Of a stretch of 64,000 nt of DNA, positions 56,801-64,000 are shown one piece after another. The notes below the pieces were generated by a model, which saw only the letters and a list, made by a program, of their open reading frames with translations, made no database searches and was not told the origin of the DNA. The first letter of the stretch is position 1. Every line of letters begins with the position of its first letter. Both the position numbers and the translations under genes were made by a program. The stretch is from a virus: positions 1 to 64,000 of IMG/VR virus record IMGVR_UViG_3300020450_000010, one strand, 5' to 3'.

Positions 56801-59800
56801 AGTTAAGTTTATTCTTTACCCAAAAGTAATATACAACTTCGTCACGTCTTGTTTTTGGATTGTAGTATGTTTGTTGTGTCCAATTGTAAACTTTTTCATT
56901 ATTGACTATTGTAAAGTATGCTTCACCACTGGCTTCTTGCCCATCTATAATAATACCATCTTCTACTGCTTGAGACCAAAATTCAGGAAGCACTGTGGAT
57001 CTTGTCCACTCGTATACATCTATGCTTGCACCAGGAAATAGTCTCCCCCAATTGGTTTGTTGATATTCAATAATACTTTGTTCGTAGTCTAAATATACGG
57101 CAGTGCTTAAATCCCACCAACGTACTCCCACATACTCATCTTTCCAAGCATTTAGATTAGTCATTTCGCCATTTAGTGTATTATAGTTGTAACTACCAAT
57201 ATCATTTATTAGTTTGTAATCTATTTCTTTGTCAATAAATCCAAATATAATACCTTTGGCAGGATCCCATATTTCTAAGTTAGCTATACTGGTCCTGGCT
57301 CTTGCATCATAAAGTTTTACTTGTAAGTTTGTTGTTGGTAATGATTGGGCTTGTCCTGTACGAGTTTGAGTAAAGCTACCATTGTGATGTCCATTTGCAT
57401 CAGTATAGTCACCTGACCAATTATATACTGCACTTTTATCATAACTATCGTCGTCAACAAATATATTAATCTTATTCAAACTGTTATTCTGTCTTACTCC
57501 GTTGAAATTATATTTGTGTACACCATTTACTTTTAAGTTGTATACTGTATCTAATTCTGTCTTACTACTAAATCTTACAGGACGCAACGGGTAAATGTTT
57601 CCAAGTTTACCTTCTGATTCTATATATTCATCAATGAAAAATTTTGCATTGTTTGCACTATCAACAAATGTAACTTTGTGTATTCCGTCTATGCTTGGTG
57701 TAGTTGTACTACCTCTGATTAATACATAATCTCCTGCAACTAAATTGTGTGCTTGTGTAACCGTGCTTGGTGAACGTGCTACTGTAACCTCTGCGTCATC
57801 AGCATTTGTTGGTCCGGCACATGCATTGCTAATATACATTCCGAAATCCATAGTTTGATAAACTTGATATCCCTTATTGAAACTGCCAAACTCACTGTCG
57901 TCTGCAACCCAAATACTAAAAACATTAGGATCATTTGTCATTTCTTTAAACACTTCAACGCCATTTACTATTGCATTGAATACATTACTGACTACACTAG
58001 TTGCCGCTGTATATGTTTGTGCAGTTAAACCTACAGTTGCATTGCTTGTTCCTGCACCAATTACTAGGGTTGAATTATTACTGGTCAACTTTAATCTATT
58101 GTTACTGTTACTAGCTGTAACACCACTGATTGTTGTTGTGTTAATTTTATCAACAATGTCATTGATATCTAGTGCAACATTTATTGTTGTTGATGTAGTA
58201 CCAGCTGGAGTTACACCTGTTGTTAAACCTACAATGCTGTTTGCAGTACCAGTTCCTATAAACAATGAACTTGCACTACAATTAATTTGCAATAAATTAT
58301 TATTTGCACTATTGACAACTGCTGAAATATTTGATATACCAGCATCATTAATTTGTTGCACCACTTGTGCTAAAGTTAAATTAGGATTAGTCACTGTAGT
58401 GCTACTAGTGCTGGTGATTGTTTCTGTCGCACTTTGAAATCCTACATCAGTATTAGCTGTGCCTGCACTAATTACCAATGTAAATTGAACAGCAGGTGTG
58501 CTAGTAGTTTTTACAAGTCTTAAAAAGTTACTGCTATTGCTAGCTGTAAGATTTCCAATACCTGCACTGTTTATCTTTTGCACAATATCTGCTAGTGTGT
58601 ATGTTTTGAATGTAGTACCACTTGTTGTTGTAACCACAGTAGATGTTGCTAATACTACTGTTGGATTTGCTTTAATATATGTTGCAAATGCCGCAATATG
58701 AGTTCCGTTGTCAATTGCGTTTTGTGTTGCTGTAATATCTGAACTTGCTACTACGCTTGTACCAGCCAGCACATCTATCGCAACATAACTTGTGCCTTGA
58801 TTTGCATTTATTATTGCTACATCACTAGTAATTAATGAGCCTAATTGTGTTTTGTATGCTGGGTTTGTATTGTATGCATTTAATAACAGTGTTAAATCAA
58901 TACCTGCATTGCTTGGATTAAAATAATCTGTCATAAATGTTGTCCATGCACTTGCACTGTTAGCACTTACATATCCAAGTCTCAATGACTCTAACGCATT
59001 AATTCTATTGGTTGCTAGTGTTGTTACGTTGCTTAATCCGTTGGCATTGAAAGCATTTTCCAAAGCTGTTTGTGCCGTAATATTGTTTGTTGTGCTTACT
59101 GTATCATCAAAAGTAATTGTATTACCATCAATGATTAATGTTTTAGTAGCACTACCAACAAAACTTGGATTGCTTACTATACCATCTTTGGTGATGTTGT
59201 TGTATGTAACATTGCTTGAACTGTTTTGAAAAGTTATTGTACTGCTTAATGCACTGGTTGCACCTAGTATTAATGTGCTTCCGTGTGTGACTACATTGCT
59301 GGTAGCAATGTCTTGTGTTCCAATTTTATTAATTACATTCAATGTTGTTTGTGTTGTGGACTTTGTTAAACTTATTGTGTTTCCGTCTATTATTAGTGTA
59401 CCACCACTTGCAGGAACTATAGGCAGAGTAATTGTACCTACAACTTCGATTGGTTGACTGCTTGTTGCTAATCCACTGTATCCTTTAGGATCAACCATTT
59501 CCCATGTACTTCCGTTATACATGATTTGATCATTGAACTTGTAACTTACATTTGTTTCCCAAGGTGTAGGTTTTTCCCAATCACCAGTAAAGTCATACTC
59601 ACTGTTTATTGTATTTGGAAAAGCAAGTAAACCTTCTCTGTTTAAAACTTTGAAATCTGCTTCTGTAAGCAATGGTAATCCTGCACTTACAAAATCATTT
59701 GCAAATGCATCTTCTGCTGTAATACCTGTTTCAGTATATGTTTTGACTGCTCTAGTATCAAAATAATCTCCTGGTGTACCTGTTACAAGTAAAGGACTTT

Positions 59801-62800
59801 TAGTATCAATATCAATTGTTGTATCTGTAAGCACATCATATTTTTGTGTGCTAAAAAATCTTACAGGTTGTGGACTTGTGATTAATAAATCAGGAGTTAA
59901 TTCAAACTCTAGTGTTTCTCTGCTACGTGTATCTCCAAAGTCACCCATTCGTACAGCCCATTCTTCATATAGTTCACCTGTACTATCTCCATCAAACAAA
60001 CCTTTGTTTTTTAAAAAAGCGTCCAAAGCATATTTTGTACCTTTATATTTGTAAGTACCTTTTACAAATTCAAATAATGAATCTTCGTCAAGGTCCAAAT
60101 TGTTTGCCCAACTGGGTGGATTATATCCTATATTAAATCTAGCTACATCACTTACTTGACTGTTGCTCAAAGTTTTAGTTCTACCTAAATATTGATCTGT
60201 TTGTTCTGCTAAACTATCAAAGTTAGAAATTATAGTATTGTCAGTAACAATAAATCCAGGACTGTAAAATTTTCCGTTCCAATCTTTTGTTCTACTTCCG
60301 TTCCATTGGATTCTTTTATGTCTTTGACCAATACTTGCATTGTAAATTGTATCATCAAAATTAGTGGTGTTGTCAAAAACTATTAGATGTTCTACACTTG
60401 TTTTATATAATCTTAAACCAAATATCTGTGTAGTAGATTTTTTGACTTTAAAAGTAGTATCACTGCTAGGAATCATTAAATTTCTATCAATTATCAAATC
60501 AGTTGGTTGTATTTTTTGACCTAATTTATTGTTAATGTTGAATATACCATCATACTTTGATTCTAAATTATCAAAGTATCCATCAGCTCCGTCGTTAACA
60601 ATTATCTTGCTGTTATCTGGTATTAGATAAAGTGTATCTGTTGTTGATCCTATTGCATAGTTTATAAAATTACTAGCACTACCTCTCCAATTTTGTGTAA
60701 ATCCTTGTTGTGCTAGACATTCACCATAACCTAAAAGAAAATTATATACGTCTTGCATTGTTGGTAGAATTGTGTTATAATTAAGTATAGTTTTAGTTGT
60801 TGCATATTCGTTGTATCTAAATATATCAACACTGAATGTTTGTTTAATAGGCGCACTAGCTGTATTTGGTTTGAAATATTCAAAAAACATTTTGTCATTA
60901 TCATAACCATTTATTTTGTATCCTGTTGCTACTTTATCTACAATTACGCCACTAATAAAATATTCAGCAGTTGGTTTGCTGTTGAATAAAATTGTAGTAA
61001 AGTTTTCCTCAGGTACAAATACTCTGCCTTTATCTTGGCTACTTTCCAACATGAATTTTTGATTGTTGTTTACAAAACCGCCTGCTTTTACAATAGGATT
61101 AAAATCCATACTGGACATTCTTGTTTGTATTGTAGTGCTACCAACATTTAATGACTTAGCAAATTCAATCACAGCATTTTGTAATCCACCAAAATATCTC
61201 TTAGGTTCTTCTGCAAGCACTGTTTCTAGCACTGCTGATCCACTGCTTAATGTTAGCTTTGGATTGTTGTAATAGTCTTTACCTGCGTTTGTTACACTTA
61301 CACTGACTACACTACCATTCTGCACGAAAGCTGTTAGTGTTGCACCACTACCAAAATTATCATTTATAACAATAGTAGGAGCACTTGTATAGCCTGTGCC
61401 TCCGTTTTTAACAATGACGCTTTCAATTATTTTTCCAGTTTGTAATACTCCGCTTACACCAGTAGCTTTAAAGTTAGAAAGTTTTTTACTGTCTACACTA
61501 TAAATTTGAGGTTTATCATATGATGTCAAATCTTTTGTAGATCTTTCATTAAGTTTAAAATAATTGTTCACAGCAATTAAAGGTCTAGTTTTTGCTAGTG
61601 ATAAAAACTCTGCTATTCTATATTCAGGACTGCGTCTCCATTCTGCTTCTACAGGTCCCCAATCGCCATATACAAAATCTTTTGTTCTGTTTGCTAAAGT
61701 TGGCGTACTCACTACGTTTGCAGTATCAGGATCATTTAATGTAGCTGTGTTTGTTACCAAAGTATTGTTTGCCCAGTCATAGTTGTCATAGCTGTAATTA
61801 ATATCAAAAACATCATTAGTGCTAGGATCATTGACTTTACCATATCTTAATGCAGTAATCAATGCAGAACGTTTTGGTGCATTTGTCCAACTGTAATAGG
61901 TATTCCACCATGTAGGTTTTTTGTTATGACCTAACATTTCCCAAGGATGTGTATGTGGTCTGTCTGTGTTAAAGAAATAATGATATATTCCTCTCCAACC
62001 ACCTATGTTTGGACTTACACTTGAATAGTTCCATGTAAACTTATCAGCACCACTGTAGTATGTTGTGCTTTGTAGGTCTGTGTAACTATTTGCTACTTTC
62101 CATTTATTGAATTCACTTACAATTGAATTCTGTATTTGTGTCCAACTATATCTATTTGCCCTATGTGCATTAGGCATATAATTTTTGATATTGTCAACAT
62201 TATCTAATGTAGAATTCAAGTTGTTGTATATACGACACTCTAAGTCAAAAATTGCGGCATCAACTGGATCATATCCAGCTTTGCTTCTATCATATATTTC
62301 TGTACCTTTACGGATATGTATACTTCCATCGTGTCTGGTTATTACATTTGTTGTGGCTGTGCCATTGCTAGACTCACTATAATCTGATCTTAATTCTGGT
62401 GTGTAAGGTTTGATTAATCCAAGTTTTACCGCACTGTTAGGTACGAAACTTACACTGTCTCTTTTATACCATCTTATGTGTGTTTTTGCTACTCCACTAG
62501 AAGGATATGCTACTGAACCAGTGATAGTAACTTTATTACTGTCTAGTGTATAATCAATATCTTTAATTAGTGATCGCCAGCGTAGGTTGCCTGCACCATC
62601 ATCATCTTGCACCCAAACTTGAACATGATTTTCTGTATCATCATATGTATTAACACTTTGAGGCAAATCAAAAACTTTTGTCATTGTTGTTTGAAAACTG
62701 TAATCTTTGCTTTCATAATCTCTATACAATGCCATATTACTTTGTGCAAATTGCATTTCTTTATTTTTGCCAAGATTCATTTCTTCTAAAATCTTATCAA

Positions 62801-63998
62801 CCATTTCATATGTGCTTTTGGTAGTATCCAATGTTTTGTGGATTTGTACAGCCTTGGTTGCAAATTTTTTCAAAAACATGCTGTAATTATTGCTTGCATG
62901 TTTTATACTTGCATAAAGATTTGTATCAGTATCCATAAGTAATTGACTTAACAATTCTGTACTGTATGGTTGTTGTCTAATTGTACCGCCAAACTCATGC
63001 ACATGAGGAAGATTTCTATAATTGTTTGTGCCAAAATAACCACCAGTAAAACCTGGAATACTTGTCATCTGTTCACGCATGTGTTCTATTAAATCTCCAA
63101 ATGTAATATTTGTAAAACTATTATTTTGTGGATTCAGCAAGTGTGTGTCGCTAGCTTGTTGAAATCCTTCAGCTGAATCACTGTAAGTGTTGTGTGTATG
63201 ATACTCTACTTCGTAAATATCATCTACTGCTAGTCCGCCATTTATTGTCAATATATTATTGCTTAGTGTATAGTTACTGGTTTCTATTCTATTTCTAAAT
63301 ACTTTTATATCAGTATCATTTGCAATAGTATTAAAGTAAATTACACCAAACGAATTAGGAGTTGCTGACAGCCTATATTTGATAGCAGTCACAGTGGGAG
63401 AAGTTACTACTATGGTAAAATCATTACCACTACCTGCTGTGCGTGTCAATCCACTACCTATTGCTGAACCGTCTATGTTTACGAATTCAACTTCTGACTG
63501 GGCGAACTGTGTTGTAATATTGTATGTGGTATTAGTTGAGAAAAATAATTCAGGATATTTGCCATTGACATCTGTCAAAACATTTGTTAATCCTGTATCC
63601 TTTTGTGTCTTTACATTAATAAATCCATGACGTTTGAACATTGTAACATGTCTATCAGTTGCAAAATCTGTATATCCTAAATCAAATACCATTGGCAATT
63701 GAGAGTTTGCACTTGTAACAGTTTTGCTTATTGTTCTCTTAACAGGCTGTCCGCCTCGCACCAAACTCCAACCATTAAAAGCATTGCCATCGAAATCTCT
63801 ATAAAAATATTGTCCTATTATTTCTTGGTTCAAACTTCTAAGTCCATCACTGCTTACTTTTGTGTATGTAAATCTATTGCTAAGGAATGGCATGCTAAAA
63901 TTCAAACCTGGACTATTGCCATAATCAGCATAGCTTGGACTAAATCCTAATGCGTCATCTTTTGCATTTGAATCATTGTGTACGTAATCAAATATACA
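53889..63998 (-). CDS. giant virion structural protein, baseplate-wedge/tail-like (>3369 aa, 5' end beyond the window)
   Basis: The frame stays open from the ORF-track start 63905 to the window edge; contains GxGY-type repeats, CBM5/12-like motifs, Ser/Thr-rich repeats and beta-propeller repeats. Confidence 0.75.
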   Translation of the reverse strand, partial: CIFDYVHNDSNAKDDALGFSPSYADYGNSPGLNFSMPFLSNRFTYTKVSSDGLRSLNQEIIGQYFYRDFDGNAFNGWSLVRGGQPVKRTISKTVTSANSQLPMVFDLGYTDFATDRHVTMFKRHGFINVKTQKDTGLTNVLTDVNGKYPELFFSTNTTYNITTQFAQSEVEFVNIDGSAIGSGLTRTAGSGNDFTIVVTSPTVTAIKYRLSATPNSFGVIYFNTIANDTDIKVFRNRIETSNYTLSNNILTINGGLAVDDIYEVEYHTHNTYSDSAEGFQQASDTHLLNPQNNSFTNITFGDLIEHMREQMTSIPGFTGGYFGTNNYRNLPHVHEFGGTIRQQPYSTELLSQLLMDTDTNLYASIKHASNNYSMFLKKFATKAVQIHKTLDTTKSTYEMVDKILEEMNLGKNKEMQFAQSNMALYRDYESKDYSFQTTMTKVFDLPQSVNTYDDTENHVQVWVQDDDGAGNLRWRSLIKDIDYTLDSNKVTITGSVAYPSSGVAKTHIRWYKRDSVSFVPNSAVKLGLIKPYTPELRSDYSESSNGTATTNVITRHDGSIHIRKGTEIYDRSKAGYDPVDAAIFDLECRIYNNLNSTLDNVDNIKNYMPNAHRANRYSWTQIQNSIVSEFNKWKVANSYTDLQSTTYYSGADKFTWNYSSVSPNIGGWRGIYHYFFNTDRPHTHPWEMLGHNKKPTWWNTYYSWTNAPKRSALITALRYGKVNDPSTNDVFDINYSYDNYDWANNTLVTNTATLNDPDTANVVSTPTLANRTKDFVYGDWGPVEAEWRRSPEYRIAEFLSLAKTRPLIAVNNYFKLNERSTKDLTSYDKPQIYSVDSKKLSNFKATGVSGVLQTGKIIESVIVKNGGTGYTSAPTIVINDNFGSGATLTAFVQNGSVVSVSVTNAGKDYYNNPKLTLSSGSAVLETVLAEEPKRYFGGLQNAVIEFAKSLNVGSTTIQTRMSSMDFNPIVKAGGFVNNNQKFMLESSQDKGRVFVPEENFTTILFNSKPTAEYFISGVIVDKVATGYKINGYDNDKMFFEYFKPNTASAPIKQTFSVDIFRYNEYATTKTILNYNTILPTMQDVYNFLLGYGECLAQQGFTQNWRGSASNFINYAIGSTTDTLYLIPDNSKIIVNDGADGYFDNLESKYDGIFNINNKLGQKIQPTDLIIDRNLMIPSSDTTFKVKKSTTQIFGLRLYKTSVEHLIVFDNTTNFDDTIYNASIGQRHKRIQWNGSRTKDWNGKFYSPGFIVTDNTIISNFDSLAEQTDQYLGRTKTLSNSQVSDVARFNIGYNPPSWANNLDLDEDSLFEFVKGTYKYKGTKYALDAFLKNKGLFDGDSTGELYEEWAVRMGDFGDTRSRETLEFELTPDLLITSPQPVRFFSTQKYDVLTDTTIDIDTKSPLLVTGTPGDYFDTRAVKTYTETGITAEDAFANDFVSAGLPLLTEADFKVLNREGLLAFPNTINSEYDFTGDWEKPTPWETNVSYKFNDQIMYNGSTWEMVDPKGYSGLATSSQPIEVVGTITLPIVPASGGTLIIDGNTISLTKSTTQTTLNVINKIGTQDIATSNVVTHGSTLILGATSALSSTITFQNSSSNVTYNNITKDGIVSNPSFVGSATKTLIIDGNTITFDDTVSTTNNITAQTALENAFNANGLSNVTTLATNRINALESLRLGYVSANSASAWTTFMTDYFNPSNAGIDLTLLLNAYNTNPAYKTQLGSLITSDVAIINANQGTSYVAIDVLAGTSVVASSDITATQNAIDNGTHIAAFATYIKANPTVVLATSTVVTTTSGTTFKTYTLADIVQKINSAGIGNLTASNSSNFLRLVKTTSTPAVQFTLVISAGTANTDVGFQSATETITSTSSTTVTNPNLTLAQVVQQINDAGISNISAVVNSANNNLLQINCSASSLFIGTGTANSIVGLTTGVTPAGTTSTTINVALDINDIVDKINTTTISGVTASNSNNRLKLTSNNSTLVIGAGTSNATVGLTAQTYTAATSVVSNVFNAIVNGVEVFKEMTNDPNVFSIWVADDSEFGSFNKGYQVYQTMDFGMYISNACAGPTNADDAEVTVARSPSTVTQAHNLVAGDYVLIRGSTTTPSIDGIHKVTFVDSANNAKFFIDEYIESEGKLGNIYPLRPVRFSSKTELDTVYNLKVNGVHKYNFNGVRQNNSLNKINIFVDDDSYDKSAVYNWSGDYTDANGHHNGSFTQTRTGQAQSLPTTNLQVKLYDARARTSIANLEIWDPAKGIIFGFIDKEIDYKLINDIGSYNYNTLNGEMTNLNAWKDEYVGVRWWDLSTAVYLDYEQSIIEYQQTNWGRLFPGASIDVYEWTRSTVLPEFWSQAVEDGIIIDGQEASGEAYFTIVNNEKVYNWTQQTYYNPKTRRDEVVYYFWVKNKLNYAGIRQYNVSQISQILKNPSAFDIAWAAPSLSNQLLLNNVSNFVTKNTVVQVTKNYTATNSMPLNDWTLLGEGDPNCYIPEYLHIKMRDSLAGFNNHTFDTTYSTWSNSTSYSVDAVVIRNGKYYISRKSSNQGSDPALDTAMTNWQQIYDFTFDDTTQIDDIKIWRGQHLPDYNLHPYNRYGHLIRPRQSLFRDVAEARQNFVFTVNDLLGEVNLIDEVVNWKNCFHATFEKGNVTYNIKDYVTLVDWNLVERDSDGNVTFEFNPNTVADFTFDSDTDRLNFIGNIPDGSYILIKTNQGNDGINRQRMLLFTGGVDKLVSMEKATVNLSEELWLESKFGHGFDAGGFGVLPYDSGSNDVIGKLMDLLRSEIFVHRHKVMYNRMWFKLLYSAILQNTTDDFAFKTSYVKLRVKHPLLTNKETYQRYQISVVEDYFESIKPFHTKLLDLTESNTHIEATMAEMEEVSRQTAITMIYNDHTLCEWNGDEILDGGLFTTDMETTATNIDESSFTTLDSSYDNIADGDIFANPRYQYCDGELYPTDFTENIAIAVQTNLPGTVTAGATYSVNAQETNPRGITFNTDGTKMFIIGTTGDDVNEYTLSTGFDLTSTVAFVDSYAVTQCPNPTAVKFNSDGTKMFVTGTGNSNVHEYALTTGFDVSTASFTQTLVTTVDSDNFGLDFKDDGTKMYITGDQNNKIYEYNLSSAFDISTATFNQDLTMTAIDVEPFGIEWSPDGKRLFVVGTRGNGVDLWKLTTPWDISTATHEEFYFIGGNPSGIHISPDGHNMFITGNNADLVKSYALSSPYAFTEGSQLTSDSRTYRMSMYMPNNIQLSNVIVDTNKTTTTAAVTGLDTTIPVTDATKLDNPDTVYGTGEVPGVVYIGSERIEYSAISGNNLLFCTRGTLGTSAKAHDSGATVVNSGATTRIPILEKFSDYGDNLRLAYNDSGISLSAAGISPEHAFIRNAGQGSI
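54390..55110 (-). repeat. five beta-propeller (NHL/YVTN-like) protein repeats in the giant protein
   Basis: PRGITFNTDGTKMFIIG / PTAVKFNSDGTKMFVTG / FGLDFKDDGTKMYITG / PFGIEWSPDGKRLFVVG / PSGIHISPDGHNMFITG; boundaries approximate. Confidence 0.8.
58010..58600 (-). repeat. three Ser/Thr-rich protein repeats (flagellin hook-IN-like)
   Basis: LADIVQKINSAGIGNLTAS..GTANTDVGF / LAQVVQQINDAGISNISA..GTANSIVGL / INDIVDKINTTTISGVTAS..GTSNATVGL; boundaries approximate. Confidence 0.7.
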
Positions 63999-64000
63999 TG

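Noticed and set aside
496-63950. Numerous 60-190 aa ORFs antisense to or nested in the main genes (e.g. 7523-7798, 21026-21427, 38355-38717, 57877-58437)
   Set aside because: They overlap motif-bearing genes, lack RBS and motifs, and their composition mirrors the opposite-strand codons; treated as shadow ORFs.
63905-64000. ORF-track start of the giant protein at 63905
   Set aside because: The frame has no stop up to the window edge, so the true start lies outside the window.
1-64000. tRNA/rRNA genes, CRISPR arrays, IS elements, integrase, introns/inteins or a recoded genetic code
   Set aside because: No cloverleaf, regular DNA repeat array, transposase or intein motif was seen. Genes tile the window under the standard code with TAA, TAG and TGA all acting as stops.
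1-64000. Bacterial chromosomal biosynthetic gene cluster instead of a phage
   Set aside because: Flanked by virion-like structural genes, T4-type late promoter motifs and phage-style small ORFs, with no cellular housekeeping or transcription-factor genes. Capsid and terminase genes are not in the window, so phage origin remains an inference.

Overview
AT-rich segment of a large, T4-like (myovirus-type) dsDNA bacteriophage genome. This is inferred from T4-type late-promoter motifs (TATAAATA), a cUUCGg hairpin, thyX, a MoxR/vWA pair and virion/baseplate-like genes. The window has three parts. (i) 1-6374, + strand: MoxR AAA ATPase, vWA-metallopeptidase, small hypotheticals, thyX and a fatty-acid desaturase. 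(ii) 6354-51108, almost all - strand with tightly overlapping genes: a ~45 kb cluster of tailoring enzymes. It holds 12 radical-SAM proteins (one cobalamin-dependent, one domain-permuted), about 8 Fe(II)/2-oxoglutarate oxygenases (two TauD-like with His-Ser-Asn in place of His-X-Asp), 2 QueC-like PP-loop ATPases, a carbamoyltransferase, 4 glycosyltransferase-like proteins and about 5 methyltransferases. It also has sulfotransferase/APS-kinase-like proteins, a PLP aminotransferase, an SDR, a kinase and apparent cofactor support (MTA/SAH nucleosidase, flavin reductases, nitroreductase, TctA/TctC transporter). (iii) 51172-64000, - strand: virion structural genes, including a >3300 aa baseplate/tail-like protein that runs off the window edge. 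The main candidate for an undescribed system is the enzyme cluster. It lies directly downstream of, and co-oriented with, the virion genes and carries late-promoter motifs, which suggests heavy chemical decoration of the virion (or of DNA or the host surface). The product cannot be read from the sequence. All functional calls come from motifs recognised by eye; no database searches were run.
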